A DNA stretch of 53,880 nt. Source: Octopus bimaculoides (taxonomy: Eukaryota). The stretch covers positions 116,577,826 through 116,631,705 of the forward strand of contig NC_068982.1 in the NCBI RefSeq assembly GCF_001194135.2, given 5' to 3'. This document shows positions 39,231 to 50,661 of this stretch, piece after piece (position 1 is the stretch's first letter; each line of letters starts with the position of its first letter). The notes under the pieces were generated by a model that worked only from the letters and a program-made list of their open reading frames with translations, did no database searches and was not told where the DNA came from. A program made the translations under genes and the position numbers.

Positions 39231-40144
39231 TCTTCGTTAAAATTACACCCGTAGTGAAGAGAAAAGGATTATTAGATTTAATCATTCACTCCTTTTAAGA
39301 AAAGCAAAGAAGAAAATTTAGAACCGTAAATCAATCAAAAATTGATTGGGGCTAGTGGTGAGGAGTGACATTTGGTGTTTGCCAAAATGGTGACGACTCT
39401 AAACAAGCTTTCATTCTTATCAGAATTCCTCAGAGAAGTGCAGCTTTACTAGTTTTTTCCAATTCCTTGATAACTGGAAAATATAAAGATAGAAATAATA
39501 CATTTCTAAATCTCTCAGAGAGATTTATGCAGTAGCAGCACGATAAAGTGATAAGTATGTTGTCAACTTAATGTGACAGTCCCAATGAAAGGGAAGAATA
39601 CTACTGCTATTTAGCCATGCTACTCCGGACTGATGATGAGCAATGACTCTGAAACTAGTCTCTGGATGCTGGCTTTGCCGGGCGGAGGTGCTTATCTCCA
39701 CTTTGAAAACATAAGGACACAAGAAATGTGTCAAGTCCAACAGGAAACGGTGTTTTCTAGGGCTAAATAACAGTAGCATTCTTTTCTTTCATGGGACTGT
39801 CACATTAAGTTGACAACATACTATCACTTTATCGTGCTGCTACTGCATAAATCTCTCTGAGAGATTTAGAAATGTATTATTTCTATCTTTATATTTTCCA
39901 GTTATCAAGGAATTGGAAAAAACTAGTAAAACTGCACTTCTCTGAGGAATTCTGATAAGAATGAAAGCTTGTTTAGAGTCGTCACCATATTGGCAAACAC
40001 CAAATGTCACTCCTCACCACTAGCCCCAATCAATTTTTGATTGATTTACGGTTCTAAATTTTCTTCTTTGCTTTTCTTAAAAGGAGTGAATGATTAAATC
40101 TAATAATCCTTTTCTCTTCACTACGGGTGTAATTTTAACGAAGA
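39231..40144. repeat. 914-bp hairpin: about 385-bp inverted arms, 144-bp loop
   Basis: Arms 39231-39616 and 39761-40144. The outer about 345 bp differ at about 3 positions; the inner about 40 bp are more diverged. Confidence 0.97.
39613..39674 (+). ncRNA. Type I hammerhead ribozyme (minimal, palindromic stem III)
   Basis: TCCGGA-CTGATGA-T-GAG-CAATGA-CTC-T-GAAAC-TA-GTC-TCTGGA; all core nucleotides present; GUC site at 39658-39660. Confidence 0.75.
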
Positions 40145-40459
40145 CAACATACTATCACTTTATCGTGCTGATACTGCATAAATCTCTCTTAGAGATTTAG
40201 AAATGTATTATTTCTATTTTAAAAAAATCAGTGAATGTATTTCACTTGAAATATATATGTTTTCAAAGGCGGATAGGCATCGACAGCTAGCAAGCCATAC
40301 TACCCCAGACTGACGATAAGCAATGACTGAAAACATAAGGATACAAGAAATGTGTCAAGTCCAGCAGGAAACGATGTTTCCTAGAGGTAAATAACAGTCG
40401 CAGTCTCCCCTTTCATAGGACTGTCACATTAAGTTGACAACATACTATCACTTTATCGT
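40143..40459 (+). repeat. Partial direct re-copies of the hairpin loop and right arm
   Basis: 40143-40218 matches 39812-39887; 40293-40459 is a diverged copy of 39613-39833 missing about 56 nt. Confidence 0.9.
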
Positions 40460-40548
40460 ACCGGGCTAACATAGTTGTTCCTCGTCATACTGGAAATATC
40501 AGCCAAACCAACTTCCCTAACTACATTCTACTACATTATCTTCTCCCC

Positions 40549-41168
40549 AAACTTCGTATACTGGTGTAATTTCTCACGCTGAACACTGTTTACTTTCAAT
40601 ATTTTTGACAAAATTTGGTATTTTAGATGTTATTTCGTGTTAAAGTTGTATTTTGGTAATTTTAACCAATCGACGACGTGTTTTAGCTGAAGAAAGCTCC
40701 CACTGTTTGCGATAGTAATCGAAGAGCAACAACCTCCAGGTCATCTCTACTAAATGTCGCCACTCTGTTCCATTTCTTTTTGTTTATTACTTGTGTTGCA
40801 TATTACACGTTTATTTCTTTTTTTTTTTACTTTTCGATCGCCTCTTTGTACGACTGGTGAAAATGCAAAGAGGCGATCGAAAAGCAATAAGAAAAAAAGC
40901 GTTTAATATACAATACATGCAGTAAACAAAAATACAATAGAACAGGGTGGCGACATTTAGTAGAGATGACCTGGAGGTTGTTGCTCTTCGATTACTATCG
41001 CAAACAGCAGTAGCTTTCTTCAACTGAATACACGTCGTCGATTGGTTAAAATTACTACCAATATACGACAACTTTAACACGAAATAACTTCTAAAACACA
41101 AAATATTGTCAAAAATGTCGAAAGTAAACCATGTTCAGCGTGAGAAATTGCATCGGTATACGAAGTTT
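40549..41168. mobile_element. 620-bp palindromic MITE/foldback element, unclassified
   Basis: Ends AAACTTCGTATAC / GTATACGAAGTTT; arms similar along their whole length; perfect 19-bp central stem 40830-40848 / 40866-40884. Confidence 0.85.
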
Positions 41169-41364
41169 CAAACTGTTTAGTTAAAAAAATAAAAATAAAA
41201 TCTGTGAGCGAAACTGAAGATATCATACATATATACATATACATACATACATACTGCTGCAAGTGCAACCTTGCAATGTTGTTGATGCAGTTTCATTCAG
41301 AGTCCATCCATTTGGTCATTCTTGAGGTGAACTGAATGAAGTAAATTTTTGTTAGTGTTCTGTG

Positions 41365-41400
<36 letters not shown>

Positions 41401-41415
41401 TGTTGTTATTTATAG

Positions 41416-41504
41416 GTACGTGCTGCTGACCTCAACTTCACCGCAGTCGCTGTCCGAAGTTTGGACTTGGTATAAAATAAGTCAAGGTCGAGATTATTGT
41501 TTCT
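41416..41504 (+). other. Candidate 89-nt exon (YVLLTSTSPQSLSEVWTWYKISQGRDYCF)
   Basis: TTATTTATAG acceptor, GTAAGA donor; other frames and donors are also possible. Confidence 0.2.
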
Positions 41505-41682
41505 GTAAGACTCATTGTTCGTTTTAATAGTTGTGTGTGTTATGTTTTTGATTTCGAATATAGTGCTTGTATTGAAGGGTTCATGTTTGTTAGCTTGCTC
41601 ATGATTTGGGTTATACATTGGGTACGGTATTTCTTTTTTTTTTTTTTTATTAATGATGGCTATTAAATATTTTTATATTTAG

Positions 41683-41741
41683 GTTACGTTGTTCTATTTG
41701 TTATACCAAGTTCAATTGTTGCAGGGGCGTTGGCTATCTAG
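41683..41741 (+). other. Candidate terminal coding exon (YVVLFVIPSSIVAGALAI*)
   Basis: Strong TTTTTATATTTAG acceptor; TM-like helix then stop; all three frames are open here. Confidence 0.2.
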
Positions 41742-42526
41742 AATTCTCCCTATATCTCTTAAAGGTCCTACCGTGTTTGTGTAAACATCTTAGAGCTTTT
41801 CTGTGTCTTGTATTAATGCACCGGCGATATTGCAAGGTTGCTTTTGTAACAGTGAGTAGTCGCTGCATCGTCGACATCGCAAGGCTGCGTTTGCAATATA
41901 TACTCTAGACAACTTTTACCGTCCAGTGAAGAGTACACCGAATTACCCATCGGAAGAATTTACGGAGCGACTAACAACTAATTGTAGTCACAGACGTTAA
42001 ATACTGATCGTTATGGTTAGCTATTAACTGGAAATTAATTGAGAGCTAATACGGAATCCGCCCGGATAATATATCCTTCCAAACTCACTTTAATATATAT
42101 ATATATATATATATATANNNNNNNNNNNNNNNNNNNNNNNNNNNNNNNNNNNNNNNNNNNNNNNNNNNNNNNNNNNNNNNNNNNNNNNNNNNNNNNNNNN
42201 NNNNNNNNNNNNNNNNNNNNNNNNNNNNNNNNNNNNNNNNNNNNNNNNNNNNNNNNNNNNNNNNNNNNNNNNNNNNNNNNNNNNNNNNNNNNNNNNNNNN
42301 NNNNNNNNNNNNNNNNNNNNNNNNNNNNNNNNNNNNNNNNNNNNNNNNNNNNNNNNNNNNNNNNNNNNNNNNNNNNNNNNNNNNNNNNNNNNNNNNNNNN
42401 NNNNNNNNNNNNNNNNNNNNNNNNNNNNNNNNNNNNNNNNNNNNATAGGTCATTATAATATGCTCTATATAACCATAAAATAAAATATTGTGGATGTACA
42501 AACCTCCATATTCATTAACAATGATG

Positions 42527-42613
<87 letters not shown>

Positions 42614-43039
42614 AATGCATGCGCACGCGCACAAACATATCCATGCACATATCTGTGTTTTGAAGCACAAAGGTGCTTTCGTAAACAACGCATAAACAAA
42701 CTGACGCGCTTATTCATACACGCACACATACACTCGTATATACACACAAACCAAAGGTATCACTACAAAACTAACACATCAACGTCAGTCACGTGAACTG
42801 AGTCAGCGTGTTGGTGTAGAAAGTGTATATAGGTGCATATGGATGTATGTAGGAGTAGATGGCTGTACAAGGGTGTGAGCTGTTTCATATCACACGAGAA
42901 ATGGCCTCCTGCCAGCCCATCTAACTGATGTGCAGAAAAAAATATTAAGGGAAGTTTTACTTTGAAGATCAGCAATAATAAATCGAATTTTTACAAACGA
43001 CAAGAAATATTTTGCTCACTTCTACTTCATTTTCTCTCA

Positions 43040-43085
<46 letters not shown>

Positions 43086-43725
43086 CCCATTTCAATCACA
43101 GCTCATCTCATTCTATATCACCCCCTTCCTTTCTCATTCCCCTCTCTTCTCTTTCCAATTAATCTTTATTTGAAATCGTTACGGATTACTCAGAAAGATG
43201 TTTCACTTCATATAAGACCTCACTCAAACGAACGATGGCGATCTAAATGAGATGTATTGCGTTCATACTTTTACTTTTACTTCATCTCTTATATACATAC
43301 TCACACGCACACTCACACATTCGTATGCAGATAGATTTATATATAGATGAATACACACATACACGTATATAAATATATAGGCATACACACATAGATACAT
43401 ACACACTCATATGTATGCATGTGTGTGTAAGAGAAAGAGAGAGAGAGAGAGAGAAGGAGAGAAAGGAAAAACAAGTTTATATGGTTGAAATCACTCATAA
43501 ATACCTATTATATACTTATATGTGTGTGAATGTATATATACATGAATGTATGCATACATGCATAAACATACATGCATGATGCATGTGTGTACGTATGTAT
43601 GTATTTATGTATATATATATATGTGTGTGTGTGTGCGTATATATATATATATAAATATATATAGATGAGTGGATCTGTTTGTATGTATGTTTATATATAC
43701 GCATGTATGTTTATATATGTGTATA

Positions 43726-43758
<33 letters not shown>

Positions 43759-44394
43759 CTGTGTGTGTATGAGGATAGGATCTGTTAATTTATTTCAACA
43801 CTTTTGGTAATTTTCTAAAGGTTGCACTTGGCTACTGATTTTCAAAGGATTCTTTTGACTACAACCATAACTTGAACAGAATTAACCAAACAGATAAAAA
43901 TATTTTCGACAAAAAAAAAAAAAAAAAAAGAAAGAAAAAGAGAAAAAACAACGCAAATATTGGCAAAAACCAAACCTTAATTTAGAAACTTGTATAAGGC
44001 TATTAAATTTCCTGTATTTACAGGAAAAAAATTTTTTTTTTCAATAATCGACTATGTGGTGTATGAGCAAAACTGTATTTGATATCAGGATGTTTCTTCA
44101 TCTTACACAGTATCAAGGGGGAAAAACAATTAAATGGTGAACACAATATTTACTGTAGACTGTATGTATCCTGATAGTGGCTACCATCTAGTTATATCAC
44201 GTCAACAGTTGAATGTTTGAACGTTGTATCTTTACTTTTATTTATTTATGATTCTCACTAAATAGCTAGCCCAAGCTAAGTCGATTCCATAACTGTTTAT
44301 AGGTAAATTCTTTCTTGTTAGCGTTTACAAGATATAAGTATCCAGGCCACGTCTTCAGGTTAGATTATGGTTTACCAGGCAATATTTACGGGCA

Positions 44395-44539
44395 GTAATT
44401 ATCAAATTGATAACTTCTCAACCACATAGTCTAGGGTTCAGTCTCACTGCGTGGCACCTTGGGAAAGTGTCTTTTACTATAGCCTCGGGCCGACCAAAGC
44501 CTTGTGAGTGGATTCGGTAGACGGAAACTGAAAGAAGCC

Positions 44540-44579
<40 letters not shown>

Positions 44580-44795
44580 TTTTATGTCTGTTTATCACCC
44601 CACCATCACTTGACAACCGATGCTGGAGTGTTTATGTCCACGTATCTTAGTGGTTCGGCAAAAGAGACCGATAATATAAGTACTAGGCCTACAAATAATA
44701 AAATAATAAGTCCTGGAGTCGATTTGTTCGATTAAAGGTGGTGCTCCAGCATGGCCGCAGTCAAATAACTGAAACAAGTAAAAGAAATAAAAGAG
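44395..44795 (+). mobile_element. SINE family C with internal (TA)n
   Basis: GGTTCAGTCTCACTGCGTGGCACCTTGGGAAAGTG...GAAGCCCGTG-(TA)n-...GGTGCTCCAGCATGGCCGCAGTC. Confidence 0.92.
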
Positions 44796-44864
44796 ACTGG
44801 CTGAGATTATTTAATCTACTGGCTAAAATTATCTAATCAACATGTACCGATAATAATTATCAAT

Positions 44865-45190
44865 ATTTACAGCGGCATTTTGTCCGTTCTCATGTTCTGA
44901 ATTGAAATTCGGCCGAGGTCGACGTCACCTTTCATCCTTTTGGGGTCGTTAAAATAAGTACCAGTCGAGTACTGGATCGATCTAATCGACTTGGCCCATA
45001 CTCCGAAATTGTTGGCCTTATGCCAAAATTTGAAATCAATATTTACTGACAGTAAGGCACGATCGTTAGTACACCTTTCATCTTTTTCAGGGTCGATAAA
45101 ATAAGTCCCAGCTGAGCACTGGCGTCAATATAATCGACTTAGCCCCTATCCCAAAATTGCTGGCCTTGTGCCAAAATTTGAAACTAATAT
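44865..45190 (+). mobile_element. Two tandem 5'-truncated family A SINEs
   Basis: Two core-plus-tail blocks, each ending TTTGAAA(T/C)(C/T)AATATTTAC. Confidence 0.88.
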
Positions 45191-45639
45191 TTACAGACAG
45201 TAATTATACCGTAAGTATTTACAAGGAATAATTACGTAGTGAACATTTACAGGTAATGAATATTCAGTAAAGTTGATAGCAAGGAAGATACAGCTTGTAA
45301 AAGGTATACCGAATAATAGTTGTCTAGACGTTGACTTGTATAATACCAAATATTATTTTTTTTATTACTGATTAATTACTGTTGGATAATCTCTGTCTTT
45401 AAATGCTAATTGGATAATTCCTGTTAATATATGTTTACTGGATACTCACTCCTTGCAAATGTTCACTAAATAATTACTGCAGATGTTGACGGAATAATTT
45501 CAATTAGTAAAGATTTACTGAATACTCGTCGTCTGTAAATATTTACCAGATAGTTACTGTTGGATTGGATGATTCCAATTAATAAATGCTTAATTTTAAT
45601 TAATAAACACTGTTTTTGTGGCTGGTTATCTTTAATTCA

Positions 45640-46070
45640 CCCCCAGCCGAGACTCTTGGTAAAGGTATTCCACCGGTGACTATTACATCTTTTGCTTTAA
45701 TATAGGACTACTTTATCCAAGGTGTCCTTTTTCTGAATGCATTATACTATGTTGCAAAGCGTTGTACTATATTGTAATATATTATACTGTAGCTGTCGAC
45801 TTAATTACCACTATTATTAACATATTTCGAGGAGGAATGTAATTAGACCATTTTCCTTTATTTGTAAGCTGTATTTATTTCTGCAATTCTCCTTGTGATG
45901 AACACAAGGACTCATTGGATAAAGTAGTCCTAGATATACAATATTCGGGAAAAAGGGTGTTGGAACGCTTTTGATCTGGATTGAACTTGGGCTAAAGTAA
46001 CAACAACAATATAGGACTACTTTATCCAAGGTGTCCGTTTTCTGAAGACGGTATAATGTGGTTTGAGGAA
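45640..46070 (-). mobile_element. Antisense family D SINE split by a 275-bp insert with a 39-bp duplication
   Basis: AATATAGGACTACTTTATCCAAGGTGTCC(T/G)TTTTCTGAA at 45699-45737 and 46008-46046; SINE sequence continues outside both copies. Confidence 0.8.
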
Positions 46071-47552
46071 AGAGTGACATATAATTCTATCAGACTCAGC
46101 AACAAAGTGGAACCTTATTCGTTCCGGAGAGGCTTAGAGAATATGCGATGGAGAATATGTGTATCATACAAAATAAGTACCTAATTAATACTTCGTGAAT
46201 TTGTTTGTCTTCTTATATTTTCTTGGCTTTGTGCATCTTACGACTGACAAAGCCTGTCGATTTATCATTCGTAAAATTTACAGACCTAGCAAACAACAAT
46301 AAAGACACACTTAGAAATTAATTCAAACGACATCCAATTTGCAGAAGTAGACATCCGAACGCCAGCTCCTGCTCATTGAATTGCATTTTGAAATAAAGTG
46401 AGTTGATAGCTGATCGGAAGAAGTATAGGTTGGGAATTAATTGTGTATCACAACGTTCCAATTAAGAAAGCTAATTTAACACTTACTATAGTTTGAAGTT
46501 CCAAGATTAGATTATAACTAAGTAGCGGATTTAGACTTTTAATTGTCTAAATATCACTTACATTGCAAAACAACATATTCTATATCTGATGATCACCTTT
46601 CTTGTACCAGTTATCTATTTAGTCGTTAAAGTAAAAAGAAAATACAATTTTGATTCATATTTACAGTGCAAAGAAATATGTATTTATTTAATTCCTCGCT
46701 TCCATACACTATTACATTCGACAAACACTGACTATAAATATCTAATTCATCTTTCTACGCATTTAGACGCCATTTCGAAAACAAAATCATAATCTCATTT
46801 TTCGGTTCGTTTTTATGTTCATTGGAATGCTACAGTATATTTGTCTAAGTTTCCCAGTCAATAGTTAATTTGACAGGTAAAGACTGGGATCCATTGTTGC
46901 TTCTCATTCAAAAGAATGTTCTCAAACTTACCTAAACTCATTTCCGTTTTCTATTGACTATTCACTTAAAGAAACGCCTACAGTTCTCAGCATTCTTCAT
47001 CCGTTGATAATGAAGCTTATATAGTGAAGCATAGAAAATTCCAGACATAATCAAGTTGGACGGACTATGTAAACTATTGCTGCAAGTAATCAGGTTCAAT
47101 GGTTTTATAGGTCGAAGGAAAATTGCTGAAGCAGATAAACTAGAAAAGACAATCCAATTAAATGGATAAAAGAAGACAGCGTATCTTTTTCAAATATTTC
47201 ATACTTTTAAGCTTTTGAAGTGAACGGCCATTCCGGAATGGAAAATCCAGTATTTATATAAACGGTACAGACCAGATTAGCATTCACTGTGTGGGAAAGT
47301 CTGAACGGTGAATGATGACAAAAAAAAAAAACAACAGAAGACGAAAGGAAACTATTCTCTTGAGCAAAACAAAAGATTGAATGATTCGTCTACCTATTTC
47401 TTTGTGAAAAACCGTTTTAAGGCTTGCTTAAATAGGTTCGAAAATTTTGTTTTGGTATGTATTGTACTACATTGTAATATATATTGTGTTGTAAAGTGTT
47501 GTACTATATTGTAATTTAGCGTGCTGCGTTATATAGTGTTTAATTGCATTTA

Positions 47553-47828
47553 AATGAATTATACTGTGTTGCAAAGTGTTGTACTATATTGTAATATATC
47601 ATACTGTAGCCGTCGACTTAATTACCACTATTATTAACATATTTCGAGGAGGAATGTAATTAGAACATTTTCCTTTATACGAGCTGTATTTATTTCTGCA
47701 ATTCTCCTTGTGATGAACACAAGGACTCATTGGATAAAGTAGTCCTAGATATACAATATTCGGGGGGAAAAAAGGTGTTGGAACGCTTTTGATCTGAATT
47801 GAACTCGGGCTAAATTAACAACAACAAT
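47553..47828 (+). repeat. Second copy of the 275-bp segment (unique part plus family D SINE 3' end)
   Basis: Direct repeat of 45736-46010, roughly 93% identical by eye. Confidence 0.95.
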
Positions 47829-48019
47829 TTTTAGTACCCACACAACGCCGACATCTAAAGTAGAGATTTAGATCTTATACTGAAAATGTAAAACATAAAA
47901 TGCAAACAAGCATGTTATTATTATTATAATTAATCTTTTAGTTTCTAAATTCAATTCAATTGACATCAGAATAATTTTCTGTAAATTTCACTCGAAGAGG
48001 GTAATTAATGTCGACTCTA

Positions 48020-48290
48020 TAACTCAGTGGTCAGAGTTTATGTTGTCAATCAGTGGTCATGAGTTCGATACTTACTAGGGACTTGTGAATTCCCCACCCC
48101 ACAAAAACAAAACAAAACGAAAAGCAACTAAGATTTCCGAGTCGGTGAGTGAGCCTCTACGTAATCGCTCGACCAATTAGGAATAATAACTGAAGCTCAG
48201 ATTACATTCTGCTACTTTAAGAGAAGGACACATTAGATAACATAATCATGGATGCAATATTTCTGAAGACAGGAGCGGATAGTCGTAGCT
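48020..48290 (+). mobile_element. Old family D SINE with tRNA-like head
   Basis: TAACTCAGTGGTCAG...GAGTTCGATAC head; GAAGGACACATTAGATAA body. Confidence 0.6.
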
Positions 48291-48817
48291 AAGAAAAAAA
48301 AAAAAAAAAAAAAAAAAAGACAAAGGTAACCTCACCCCGATTTAAATGCAGAATATAATATAATGTAACTAAGAGATGTCGAAGATGCACTCTATCATTG
48401 GTTAGTCGTCGAGACTCCTGGATAATTAATGGCTTCTGATTTAGGCAGAAGGCCAGCAGTTTTTTTTTTTTGAGGATTGAATTAGTCAATTAGTCAATGC
48501 TATAGAACCCAGTACTTGACTGGATTTTATTTTATCGATCTCGACAAGATAATATGCCATGCTAGAGTACACCTTACACATCTAAAACTGGTGCAGCTAT
48601 CGTGCATCATTGCTGAGACACAGAAATATTCAATTAAAACCAGCACTAGAGTACTCCTTATCTATTTGACATTGGTGCTACCATTGTTATTGAGAAATTG
48701 AGATTTTGGTATATTGAAATAAGGCATACATACACTAGAGTCATTACTCACCTAATTTAGACACTGATATTGCTGCTGCCGCTACTACTACTACTACAAT
48801 TATTCTCTCTCTCTCTT

Positions 48818-48851
<34 letters not shown>

Positions 48852-50190
48852 TCCTTGAGTGAAAATTATAGAAAATGATTCAGTAGTAAAATTAAACGAA
48901 ATTCAGAAACCAAAAATTAAGATTAATTATAAAATCAATTTATTTGTTTACTTGTTTTGTAAAATTGATACATTAGTTGCGTTTTGTACTTGTTCGTATT
49001 TTGTGAATGTTCAATATAAATTTATCTGCTCTGAATGACATTAGAGTAAATAATTCATGGAATAAGTCATAAGTGCAAGCATGTCCAAGTAGTTAAGACG
49101 TTCACTTCGCAGTTACATTGAGCAAATACCCTTCATTATAGTTTCGGTCAATGCGTGGGAAACTGAAGAGATGAAAACAGTATGGAAGTCAGTCCGATGA
49201 ACTGAACATGTCACTGTGTCCATCCCTCGGTTTAGTACCACCATTTGGTCACTGGTACTTTTAACAAAGTCTAATTTTCTGTTAACCTCCTAATCGTGTC
49301 TTCAATCTGAAAATAATTAGATATCATAAGGGTAATGCTTCTTTCCTCATTAAAGTCACATCCGGCGAGGTTTCTACTCAGAACGCTATGAAACGAAACA
49401 AAATACTGTAAGACATTTAATCAAACACATTACCGATTTTTTTTCTATTTCTTGCCAACTTCCCGCCTTCAAAGCGTCATATACGAGTGCTACCCAAAAG
49501 CATTAAAAAATGCGAAAAGAAAAAAAAAATACATGTATATAAAACTATTTGATATTTAAAATGTAATATTTAAAATTAAATAAATTGAAATAAAAAAAAT
49601 AAATATTATAACCGAGAGGCGGTCCACAGACATCAACATTTCTGAAACGTTAATAATTACGATGGAAGAAAAATAATATGAAAGAATATATTAAAATGTC
49701 AAACGACTTGTGTTTAAAATATAAAATCGATAATAAAAACTTTGTAACTTTTTGTTTCAGCCATTAGCTCGTGAATACTTAAATAATTTTGCTTTCTCAC
49801 TTGTCTTTGTCGACTGCATGTTCTCATAGAGTTTGATTTTAATAAATTCCTGTATGATTCGCAGTGAAATTTATAGAAGTAAAACCACGGTGAGAAAGAT
49901 TTTTGAACTTTTATTTTTTTAGTTTTCCTTGATGAGTTATAAAACCGGGCGAACGTTGAACATAGTTATTAAATTGGAAATTATAGCTAGACAAAAGACA
50001 GGCAAACATCAGATTGATCGACTTTTAGACAGATTGATATAGAATATGATTAAATAGTTCTGTAGAATGATAGCGAGAGTGGTATATTTAGACAACTGGA
50101 CACCCCACTTCACACATTCATTAAATTATTTATTAGCCTTAAAGTTATATAAGTGACTCAACAGTCTAAATTTTCGCGCGGCAGTAGTTT

Positions 50191-50227
<37 letters not shown>

Positions 50228-50229
<2 letters not shown>

Positions 50230-50514
50230 AGTGTCACTAAATGTAATGTGAATAGGGTGTTAGGAAACACCGACATTACTAGAAATAAGAACTAAACCGC
50301 TCTAATGCACATCAATGAAAATATATGCATTAACAGGGCCCATAATCGTCCAAAAAGTACCGATCGAGAAGTTTTTCGATCGGTACTTTTAGTATATATG
50401 TTTTCATTCTGTTAGTATATATGTTTTCATTCATGTGCGTTAACTACAGCGTTTGAGCGGTTTATCACTTATTTTTAGAAATGTTGGTGTTTCCTAATAC
50501 CCTAGTGACACTTG
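50228..50514. mobile_element. About 290-bp MITE-like inverted-repeat element
   Basis: CAAGTGTCAC..TAGGGTGTTAGGAAACACC at the left versus GGTGTTTCCTAATACCCTAGTGACACTTG at the right; perfect 15-bp central stem 50353-50367 / 50376-50390. Confidence 0.8.
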
Positions 50515-50568
50515 TCATTCTCTTTTTAGTGACACATTGCACACTGCTGCTTATTTTATTTATATATA

Positions 50569-50661
<93 letters not shown>

